Made by a program: the position numbers and the translations under genes. Below the pieces are notes generated by a model. The model ran no database searches. It saw nothing but the letters and a program-made list of their open reading frames with translations, and had not been told where the DNA came from. From Balanoglossus misakiensis (Eukaryota; Animalia; Hemichordata): 64,000 nt of DNA. Of the stretch, positions 50,492 through 61,600 are shown in pieces. How positions within the stretch are numbered: position 1 is the stretch's first letter; every line of letters starts with the position of its first letter. The stretch lies in assembly GCA_040954595.2 (NCBI GenBank), contig CM082578.2, positions 89,640-153,639 of the forward strand. The letters are read 5' to 3'.

Positions 50492-51773
50492 GGTTACCCT
50501 GGTGCTAATTATCACATTTGATATCAAGCTGTTACTGTTTTTGTGTGATGGGAGACTAGTATTTGATTGTCTATCATTTCAGAGCCAGTTGTTTGACATG
50601 GCTGCAGTGATTTCATTGAAATGACATGTTCACATGCAATCATTTACATGGATCATAATTATAGTGACATGATATTATCATGTTGCAGGTCATTGTGCAC
50701 ACATACCTGCTTATTGATGTATATTAAAGCACACCAATTTATAACGTGCTACAAAAAAGAAGTCAGTGGTGGCCGTTTATGATTTCTGATGCATGACATG
50801 ACTTTTATGTGACTATACCCAAAATATTATGGGTGTGACCATGTTGTTGTGATGTTATCCATTAAATGCACCTGACTGTCAGTTCTTGATGATTTTATTT
50901 ATTTCAGTACTGTCAATTGAGATATGTATTTCATCTGATTTCATCAAAACTCACAGTTTTAGTCCTACATGAATGTATGTCATAATTCCAACCTGACACT
51001 TTGTCACTGTAATTAACAGACAATATATGATATCAAAAGTGTGAGTAATAACAGTCCCAATAGCCTTGTTTGCATTACTGCTTACACAGTGTTCTCCACA
51101 GGATTTTGGGAAAGTTAGTTGGATATAATGGTCCATAACAATTTAATCATTATGTTAGTGATATTGCTTTCTCAAAATTTAAGAATAAGAGTGGTAGCCA
51201 CCATGCTTTAATTGTTCTTTGGAGAACACTGTGCTGGTATATTTCACCCATCATCTGATCCTATATGTATACAGACAACAACATTTGGAATATGTGCAGA
51301 TTCCAATATCCATGTGCATTCTAGAATGAATGTGTACTCGTACAATGCGGGACTGCAGAATAGATGGATGTAGCATCAGTCTGTTAATGATTCAAGTTAG
51401 TCATATTTATTATGCAGCCTTAATCAGAGGTTCACACTATATTTTATGTAAATACCCATCAGTAAGGTTTATTTAAAGAAACCATTGTACGTGTCAAGTT
51501 AATAATGAGAAATTTGCCAAAATTGCCAAAAATATAGTAAGGCTTGAATGAAAGATTTCAATCATGTACCAAAGCATTTTCATTCTGTTGACAATGAAAT
51601 GGAAGTTGGTAAATGATGCATTGGAAATTCAGTAGGAAGAAGGTTAATTTAAGTATGATTACACAACTGAATATTTCTAATTGATGTTTTATTACACTGT
51701 ATGTAAAGTACCATTGGGGTAAATGTGTAAAACATTGATTTATAATTGGGAAAACATTAGCACCAGGGTAGCC
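50492..51773. mobile_element. Candidate non-autonomous TIR element (~1.28 kb), TA-flanked
   Basis: TAGGTTACCCTGGTGCTAAT (50490-50509) vs ATTAGCACCAGGGTAGCCTA (51756-51775): 19/20 inverted match. Confidence 0.55.
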
Positions 51774-53589
51774 TAGGTTTATCAATGTTCAATTCCATTT
51801 TGTAAATGTTTAAAATATATTTTTGTCTATTTTCACTATGTTATGTACAGAATGACTACATATTACCACTGTCTACTTTTGTGTCTCTAAGGCTGTCATG
51901 AATGGCTTAATACACTGAAGTTAAAATCATTATTTAGACATTTGTGAAGCGATTTTAATAACCTGTCTGAAGTATAGTACCGTATGGTGTTTTATAGAAT
52001 AAAACAAAAACCAATGTCCCCATATGACGTTTGCTTTCAGAAAACAATACAAATTGCCCATCCGAGACTTAATTTTTAGGGGTACACGCACCAAGAAAAC
52101 ATCCTATGAATGGCAATCCCAAAATTATCCTTGATATCTGGTATTCAGACTTGTATTCTGTGAATCATCATTGCTATATATGTACTAACAACATGCTATA
52201 ACTGCAGTAGCAATAATTGAACCAGTGTGAATAAATCAAACACTGTACACTGAAATATCTCACTATCGCTTTAATCGCAAACATTTAGTATGAGCTTGGT
52301 TATTGACAGATCCAAAGTAACCCACCAACACTGACACTATAAGTTTTGCATCACGGGCGTGTCATTAATTATTTACTTTTTATGTCATATTTTATTTGTT
52401 AGAGAAATACCAAACGTAGTAGACAAGGACATCAACTTTCATAAAATGTGTTCCTATTAGTACTACAGTATAAATATCTGAATTATTTCAAAAATAGTCA
52501 CAGCATTTATTGGAAGAACTTATGTAACTGTATTCATACCTTGATGTTTAAATTATTGTCATTGGTTTATGTTTTATTCCATATGCTATTATTGTCAATA
52601 GGTGATTTATATGTTCACGTGACCTGCACTGACCCATACATATACTTAGAATACCAAATGTATTGGGAGACAGGTGTGTTCAATAATTATGGCTTTAACA
52701 TTCATGTAACACTATCCCTAGTAAGTATACAGATCTTAGTGGTCTTGTTTGTTAGAGAGGTAACAATGGGCTACGTTAATGATAGCCACACTCGAATCAG
52801 ATAAAGAATTGTTTTCCAGAAGATGTCACCTGTTTTCATCAAACCATGATTTACTTTTCTAGTGCCAGGCGATGATTTGATAAGTTGAACAGTTTCCAGA
52901 AGGACCATTGTAGTGCACTGACATCAGCATAATGATTTCATAAGATTTCATGGAAGTTTGAATGACTGGGTTCTTCCCATTTGCATATTGATATGTTCAC
53001 ACCTGGTATTTACTACTTAGGTGAAGTTGATGATGGTGTCTGATGAACTTAAGTGCAAACAATAGAAATTTTAATACACAGTTCAAGCAGGTCAATCAGT
53101 TCTGGCTACCTTTATGTGGAAATTTTCAGTTGACTTTCGCAACTCACTGGGAGTGCCTACAAGACTGAACTCTACTTGTTTTCTGTGTCACTCCAATCTA
53201 TTCACTACTACACGACCAGTTCAGCAAAACTAGGAACAGTTCACTCTTCAGCAAATCCATTATACAGGGGATGCCACTTCAGCAACATTGCAATCTGTGT
53301 AGACCTACCAACCTGTTGTATTCATCACATTCGCGCATCCAGCTAGTCCTATGCACCTCTGAGAATCTCTATATTAAGAATATATATGCCTGTACATATA
53401 TAGAGTGTCTACTGTGTAGACACTGGAGGAATATTTTATACTACGGTAATTATTGTACTTGTAAGCTTTGTGTGTATTGGTGTCATGTATTTATATATAT
53501 TTTTCTGTGGGCCTGGAGCCTGATTCAAATCAACCCAAACAATACAAAAAGGAAAAATAAATAACTGATTTATTTTTTGAGTCAAAGTG

Positions 53590-55116
53590 TAAGACTTCAT
53601 TAGGTGTTCAATGCCTCCAATTGCCGAAGCTGTATCTGCTGTGGATGCCAAGATATGTGAAAGTAAGTCAAAGGTCAGCAAAGGTCACCCGAAATTTTAC
53701 TGGTCCATATCCAGCAAAAAACGTACCTCTACCTACTATTTAGCCTTTAATTAGATATGTGCGAATTAATGAGGTCAGGTGTAAGACTCCATTAGGTGTT
53801 CAATCCCTCCAAATGCCAAGGCTGTATGTGCTCTGGATGCTGTGATATGAGAAAGAAGGTCAAAAGTCTCCTGAGGTAACCAGCAAATACCAAGGCTGTA
53901 TCTGCTGTGGATACCGAGATATCGGAAAGTAGGTCAAACGTCACATCAGGTGAGCCAAAATTTGGTCTTAAAATTTTTACCACAGAATGGTCTATGTCCA
54001 ACAAAAACTAAACCTCCAACCCGATTGGTTAGCTTGGAATTAGATATGCAGAAAAATGATGTATCGGAAATAGGCCCAACAAAAACCAGACCCCAAGCTC
54101 TATTGGTTCGCCTAGAATTAGGTATGTGCTTAATTAATGAGGTCTTGTGTAAGACTCCATATGTGCTCCATCGGCCCCCCAAAAGCCAGGACTCTAACTG
54201 CTGTGGATGCTGAGATATGGGAAAGTACATCAAAGGTCATCCAAGGTCACCCAAAATTTGAGCCTAAAATTTTGACCCCAGAGTGGGCCATGTCCAACTA
54301 AAACCAGACCTCTAGCCCTATTGGTTAGCCTGGAATTAGATATGCAGAAAAATGATGTTTCAGAAAAAGGTCAAGGGTCATTGCCAAAATTACCAAAATA
54401 TTTGTGTCATGTCCTGGCAGCATTGGTACCCATGTCCACAAAATTCATGACTGTGGTGCTTTGACAAGAGGAGGTATGGGGAATATGCATATATAATTAG
54501 TTGTTTTAAAACTGGGTCAAAGGTCATGTGAAAATTGCCCCAAAAAATTGTGACAACTTCCGGTCATATGATGACTCATATCCAAAAAAAGAATTTCCGT
54601 GCTGTCAACATTTTGGCTACAAAACGGAATTTTCATTTTTCGATTGTTTTCCGAAAATCCAACATGGCCGCCATAATGATCGACCAATCACAATGTGCTT
54701 CGCAAACTTGATAGACATAGGTTAGGTGACCAGATACCCCGAATCCCGTGACTAGGCCATTGCTGGTTCTGGAGAAGAAGATTTTTAAAGTTTTAAGTAG
54801 TTTTTCAGAAAAGAAATTGTAGCAAAAAAACTTTATGTATGACGTCATGATTTTAATGGGGTAAAATGATGGACAGAAGGTAGGCTACCTGCACACCAAA
54901 TTTGAACTTGATCCGCCCAGTAGTTTTTGAGAAGGACTCATTTAACGATTTTCAGGAAATCCAATATGGCCGCCAGGTCACGTGACTAATTAAATATTCA
55001 CAAGCCACTGCACGTCTACTCATTGGCCCCTATCACCCTACCGATTTTCAGCCCCCTAGGTGCTGCGGTTTTCCAGATCTACCTGGCCGATTATTTGCAG
55101 AAGAAGAATAATAATA
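53590..55116. repeat. Helentron subterminal degenerate repeats shared with its left end and with the nested HINEs
   Basis: GCCAAGGCTGTATCTGCTGTGGATGC..AGGTCAAAGGTCA..AATTAATGAGG..GTGTAAGACTCCAT occurs at 38137-38330 and repeatedly in 53590-54300. AATCCAA(T/C)ATGGCCGCC and GTCACGTGAC occur in 54650-54990. Confidence 0.85.
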
Positions 55117-58100
55117 AATTAAAGCTGCAAGCAGCATTGTCCGGGCCCAAGCTTTATTATCTGATCTGATTATTAGATATGCACATAATTAATGAGTAGA
55201 AACATAATGCTGTGTTTTAGCAAATGAAATATCAAGGTTATATCTATGTTTGGTGCTGATATAGTGTTAAGTAGGTCAAAGGTCATCCAGAGGTCACCCA
55301 CAATTTGGGCAGAAAATTTTGACCCATAGTGGTCCATGTCCATCAAAAACCAGACCTCTAGCCCTTTTGGTTAGCCCGGAATTAGGTATGCACATAAATA
55401 ATGCATAAAGCAGGTGTCACAGGTGAGCCAAAACTTTGGCTTTTCATTATGGCCCCATACCTCCAAATGCCCAGACTGTACCTGCTTTGGATGTCGAGAT
55501 ATGCAAAAATAGGTCAAAGGTCATCTGAGGTCACCCAAAATTTGGGCAGAAAATTTTGACCCAAAGTAGTCCATGTCCAACAAAAACCAGACCTCTAGCC
55601 CTTTTGGTTAGCCCGGAATTAGGTATGCACATAAATAATGAGTTAAGCAGGTGTCACAGGTGACCCAAAACTTTGGCTTTTCATTATGGCCCCATACCTC
55701 CAAACGCCAAGGCTGTATCTGCTGTGGATGTCGAGATATGCAAAAGTAGGTCAAAGGTCACCCGAGGTCATCCAACATTTGGGCAAAATATTTTGACCCC
55801 ATACTGATCCATGTCCAGAAAAAAACAAACCTCTAGGTCATTTGGTTCATCTGTAATTAGGTATGCGCATATTTAATGAGGTCAGCAGAGGTCAAAGGGG
55901 TCATGAAAAGTAGCAAAAATTTTTGATCACATACATAACCACATACATCAAAAACCAAACTTATAGCCCTATTGGTTAGCCTGGAATTAGATATGCAGAA
56001 AAATGATGCGTCAAAAGTAGGTCAAAGGTCATTGCCAAAATTACCAAAATATTTATAGCTTATTCTTGTCATATGATGATTCATATCCATTAAACGAATT
56101 TCTGTGCTATCAATTTTTAGGCTAGAAACAGAATTTTTACTTTTTAATCGTTGTTCACAAAATCCAATATGGCCGCCAAAATCTTCGACCAATCACAATG
56201 ATCTTCGCAAACTTGATAGACATCTGTTTAATGACCACACACACCAAATCTTGTGACTCGGTTATCGCCGGTTCTTGAGAAGAAGATTTTTGAAATTTTA
56301 CTAGGGTTTTTCGAAAATCCAATATGGCCGCCATAATCTTCGACCAATCACAATGATCTTCGCAAACTTGATAGACCTCAGTTTGGTGACCACATACCCC
56401 AAACCGCGTGACTCGGTTATCGCCGGTTCTGGAGAAGAAGATTTTTGAAATTTTGACCAGATTTCAGAAAAACAACTGTAGCAAAAAAACTGCAACATTG
56501 ACAGCAAAATATCCAATTACAAAAATGATGGGTAGAAGGTAGACTACCTGCACACCAAGTTTGAAGTCGATCTGACTTGTAGTTTCTGAGATCTGAGATT
56601 TGCATTTTTTCAGAAAATCTAATATGGCCGCCAGGTCACGTGACTAATTAAAAATTCAAGGGTTCAATGCACATCTACTCATTGACCTTGACCACTGTAG
56701 CAAGTTTGAGAAGTGTACCTGCAGTGGTGTCTGAGATCTAGAGCGACAAAGAATTGACACAAGAATAAAGAAAGAAGAAGAAAGAAGAAAGAAGGAAAGA
56801 CAGAATTAAAGCTGCAAGCAGCATTGTCCGGGCCCAAGCTCTATTATCTGATCTGATTATTAGATATGCACATAATTAATGAATAGAAACATAATGCTGT
56901 GTTTTATCCCAAGAAATATCAAGGTTATATCTATGTTTGGTGCTGATATAGTGTTAAGTAGGTCAAAGGTTACCCAGGGGTCACCCACAATTTGAGGAGA
57001 ATATTTTGACCCATAGTGGTCCATGTCCAATAAAAACCAGACCTCTAGCCCTTTTGGTTAGCCTGGAATTAGGTATGTACATAAATAACGAGTTAAGCAG
57101 GTGTCACAGGTGACCCAAAACATTGGCTTTTCATTATGGCCCCATATCTCCAAATGCCAAGGCTGTACCTGCTTTGGATGCCGAGATATGCAAAAGTAGG
57201 TCAAAGGTCATCTGAGGTCACCCAAAATTTGGGCAGAAAATGTTTACCCATAGTGGTCCATGTCCAATAAAAACCAGACCTCTAGCTCTATTGGTTCACC
57301 TGTAATTAGTTATGCACATAATTAATGAGGTCAGCAGAGGTCACAGGTGACCCAAAACTTTGGCTTTTCATTATGGCCCCATATCTGCAAATGCCAAGGC
57401 TGTACCTGCTTTGGATGCCGAGATATGCAAAAGTAGGTCAAAGGTCACCGGAGGTCACCCAACATTTGGGCAAAATATTTTGACCCCATACTGATCCATG
57501 TCCAAAAAACCCCAAACCTTTAGGTCTATTGGTTAATCTGTAAATAGGTATGCGCATATTTAATGAGGTCACCAGAGGTCAAAGGGGTCATGAAAAGTAG
57601 CAAAATTTTTTGATCACATACAAATCCACATACATCAAAAACCAAACTTATAGCCCTATTGGTTAGCCTGGAATTAGATATGCAGAAAAATGATTCGTCA
57701 AAAGTAGGTCAAAGGTCATTGCCAAAATTACCAAAATATTTATAGCTTATTCTTGTCATATGATGATTCATATCCATAAAAAGAATTTCTGTGCTATCAA
57801 TTTTTAGGCTAGAAAAGGAATTTTTACTTTTTAATCGTTTTTCACAAAATCCAATATGGCCGCCATAATCTTCGACCAATCACATTCCCCTTCGCAAACT
57901 TGATAGACATCTGTTTAATGATCACACACACCAAATCTTGTGACTCGGTTATCGCCAGTTCTGGAGAAGAAGATTTTTGAAGTTTTACTATGGTTTTTCG
58001 AAAATCCAATATGGCCGCCATAATCTTCGACCAATCACAATGATCTTCGCAAACTTGATAGACATCTGTTAGGTGACCACATACCCCAAACGGCGTGACT

Positions 58101-58590
58101 CGGTTATCGCCGGTTCTGGAGAAGAAGATTTTTGAAATTTAAGCCAGATTTCAGAAAAAAAATTGTAGCAAAAAAACTGCAACATTGTCAGCATAATTTC
58201 CAATTACAAAAATGATAGGCAGAAGGTAGTCTACCAGCATGCCAAATTTGAAGTTGATCTGACTTGTAGTTTCTGAGATCTGAGATTTGCATTTTTTTAG
58301 AAAATCCAAGATGGCCGCCAGGTCACGTGACTAATTAAAAATTCACAGGTTCAATGCACGACTACTCATTGACCTTGACCACTGTAGCAAGTTTCAGAAG
58401 TGTACCTGCAGCGGTGTCTGAGATCTAGAGCGACAAAGAATTGACACAAGAATAAAGAAAGAAAGAAGAAAGAAGGAAAGACAGAAAAACCCCAACGAAA
58501 CCAATAGGGCCCAAGCGCTGGTATGCGCTTGGGCCCTAAAAACCCCAACGAAACCAATAGGGCCCAAGCGCTGGTATGCGCTTGGGCCCT
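55117..58590. mobile_element. Non-autonomous Helentron (HINE) copy B: 55117-56803 + 58538-58590 = 1740 bp
   Basis: Left end AATTAAAGCTGCAAGCAGCATTGTCCGGGCCCAAGC. Right-end hairpin TAGGGCCCAAGCGC-TGGTAT-GCGCTTGGGCCCTA (58558-58591). Internal 237-bp and ~155-bp tandem repeats and a (GAA/GAAA)n microsatellite. Confidence 0.9.
56804..58537. mobile_element. Non-autonomous Helentron (HINE) copy C, 1734 bp, nested in copy B
   Basis: Same termini as B (hairpin 58505-58538). Excising it restores GACAG|AAAAACCCCAACG, identical to the uninterrupted site in C itself (58480-58497). Confidence 0.9.
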
Positions 58591-58613
58591 AAGAAAAATT
58601 CCAACAATACCAA

Positions 58614-58650
58614 TGGGGGCACAAGCCGCCTGAGGGCGCTTGTGCCCCCA
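58614..58650. other. Helentron terminal hairpin, 13-bp stem
   Basis: TGGGGGCACAAGC-CGCCTGAGGGC-GCTTGTGCCCCCA. Confidence 0.92.
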
Positions 58651-61600
58651 ATAAATTCTTTTCTTAGATTCAAACGGGTAGGGATACTTTCCACACGGGT
58701 TTTCTAACATTGAATTCCCGTTCATCAACTCAGATTTCCTACAGCATAAGTCGGCTAAAACCCTGACACTCTAGAGCAGAAACAGTTGCACACTGGTAAC
58801 GTTGAACAAGTCGATTTTTCTACGACCTGGCTCGGCTAAATCTCCGTCACAATATGACAGACACTAGCGTACGTTAGCAACGGTGATCAAGTCAGATTTT
58901 CTACGGCATGGCTTGGATAAAGCCCCGGCACTCTAGAGCAAAAACACGCGTACAGAGACCACGTTGATCAAGTCTGATCTCCTACGGCTTGGCTCGACTA
59001 AAACCCCGGCACACTATGACAGACACTAGCGTTCGTTAGCAACGTTGATCAAGTCAGATTTCCTACGGCATGGCTTTGCTAAAGCCCTGACACTCTAGAG
59101 CAGAAACACGCGTACAGAGACCACGTTGATCTACTCACATTTCCTTCGGCCTGGCACGGCTGATGCCCCGGCACTATATATAGGACACAGACTGGCGTAA
59201 GTTAACAACGGTAATCACGTCGGGTTTCCTACGGCCTGGCTCAGCTGAAGCCCCGGCACTCTAGAGCAGAAACAGGCGTACATTGACCACGTTGATCAAG
59301 TCAGATTTCCTACGGCGTGACTCGGCTGGTGCACCGGCTCTATATGACACAGACTGGCGTAAGTTATCAACGGTGATTACGTCGGATTTCCTACGGCCTG
59401 GTTTAGCTGAAGCCCCGGCACTTTAGAGCGGAAACACGCGTACATTGACCACGATGATCAAGTCAGATCTCCTACGGCCTGGCTCGACTAAAACCCCGGC
59501 ACACCATGACAGACACTAGCGTTCGTTAGCAACGGTGATCAAGTCGGATTTCCTTCGGCCTGGCTCTGCAAAAGACCCGACACTCTAGTACAAAGACGTT
59601 GGCTAAGTCGGGCAAACCGAACAGGGAAAGTCACAGCGGGTCAACACTCGACATTTGTTCCGGTAGGACTGCTTTATTGCCTGTCAATTTATAGAGAAAG
59701 CCCGAATTTAACCAGGGCGTTTCAAACACCGACGTTAGTTGGGGGCACGGCCTGCAGTACTGCCGGGTAAGCTGACATCGGCGTACCGCATATAATGTAG
59801 GGGGGGGGGGGGACAGAACGGTTCAATACTACATTTATTAGATATCAGCTAGTTTTGGACAATCATCTAAAATCTAAATCATTTTTTCATATTTGGATAT
59901 CTGATGATGTATGAAATTTCCATTATATGTAAAAATGGTGCTGATTATAAAAAATGCACTCTGAATGAGCTGATTTAATACAAAATTGCGTTTTATTCGT
60001 TTTTGCACCAAAAAGGTCATTTTTAGGCAAAACATTCTTTATTTTTTTAATTCGGTGACCTGATCATATATAAGCAATTGCTTGCATGTTAAAAGTTTTT
60101 ATGACTTTTAAAAGCAGTGACACTGGCGGCATTCAACACGAAAATAACAATTTTAACCACAATTTGGTCAAAATGGTAAATTTTTGAAAATTACAAAAAA
60201 TACCTGTTTTCTACATTTTCGGAAATCTGATGGAGTATAGAATGCTCTTCGTATATATATATCGATACCAATTCCACAAAAGACCGTCTAATTTGGCTCA
60301 CTGCAGACAAAATTGCGTTTTACCAAATTTTCCTTGAAAATGTCATTTTTAGAAAAATAAAATAAAAAAACCTTCGTTCTTCGAACTTGGTGCCCTGATC
60401 ATATATGACATGTTGATTGTATGTTAAAACTTTCGACCACTCCAAAAATGCAGAGATATTGACGGAATTCAAGAAAAAATAGCCATTTTGGCCATATTTT
60501 GACAAAATGGTACATTTTTAAAAAATCATAAAAAATATAACTCTTTTCTTCATTTTCGGAAATATTATGGAGCATGAAGTGTCGTTCTCTTGTAAAAAGT
60601 GCTGCAAATTCCAGAAAATGTTGTATAATTTGAATCACCCAAGACAAAATTACCATTTTCGACTTGTTTTCGAAAAATTGTCTTTTTTACAAAATAAATA
60701 AGAATAAATTCTTTTCTTAGTTTCAAACGGGTAGAGATACTTTCCACACGGGTTTTCTAACATTGAATTCCCGTTCATCAACTCAGATTTCCTACAGCAT
60801 AAGTCGGCTAAAACCCTGACACTCTAGAGCAGAAACAGTTGCACACTGATAACGTTGAACAAGTCGATTTTTCTACGGCCTGGCTCGGCTAAATCTCGTC
60901 ACAATATGACAGACACTAGCGTACGTTAGCAACGGTGATCAAGTCAGATTTTCAACGGCATGGGTTGGATAAAGCCCCGGCACTCTAGAGCAGAAACACG
61001 CGTACAGAGACCACGTTGATCAAGTCTGATCTCCTACGGCTTGGCTCGAATAAAACCCCGGCACACTATGACAGACACTAGCGTTCGTTAGCAACGTTGA
61101 TCAAGTCAGATTTCCTACGGCATGGCTTTGCTAAAGCCCTGACACTCTAGAGCAGAAACACGCGTACAGAGACCACGTTGATCTACTCACATTTCCATCG
61201 GCCTGGCACGGCTGATGCCCCGGCACTATATATAGGACACAGACTGGCGTAAGTTAACAACGGTGATTACGTAGGATTTCCTACGGCCTGGTTTAGCTGA
61301 AGCCCCGGCACTTTAGAGCGGAAACACGCGTACATTGACCACGTTGATCAAGTCAGATTTCCTTCGGCGTGACTCGGCTGGTGCACCGGCTCTATATGAC
61401 ACAGACTGGCGTAAGTTATCAACGGTGATTACGTCGGATTTCCTACGGCCTGGTTTAGCTGAAGCCCCGGCACTTTAGAGCGGAAACACGCGTACATTGA
61501 CCACGATGATCAAGTCAGATCTCCTACGGCCTGGCTCGACTAAAACCCCGGCACACCATGACAGACACTAGCGTTCGTTAGCAACGGTGATCAAGTCGGA

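Larger units (their letters stand above)
38078..58649 (+). mobile_element. Autonomous Helentron (Helitron2/HLE2-type), 20.6 kb including nested insertions (~17.1 kb without the two HINEs)
   Basis: Removing 38078-58649 restores the satellite consensus AAATAAG|AATAAATTCTTTTC exactly (no TSD; boundary can slide 2-3 bp in the AA/TT site). Left end has stem-loop GCTGC-AA-GCAGC plus subTIR GGGGCACAAGCG. Right end has a hairpin containing CGCTTGTGCCCC. Encodes RepHel-endonuclease (strand given is that of the ORF). Confidence 0.95.
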
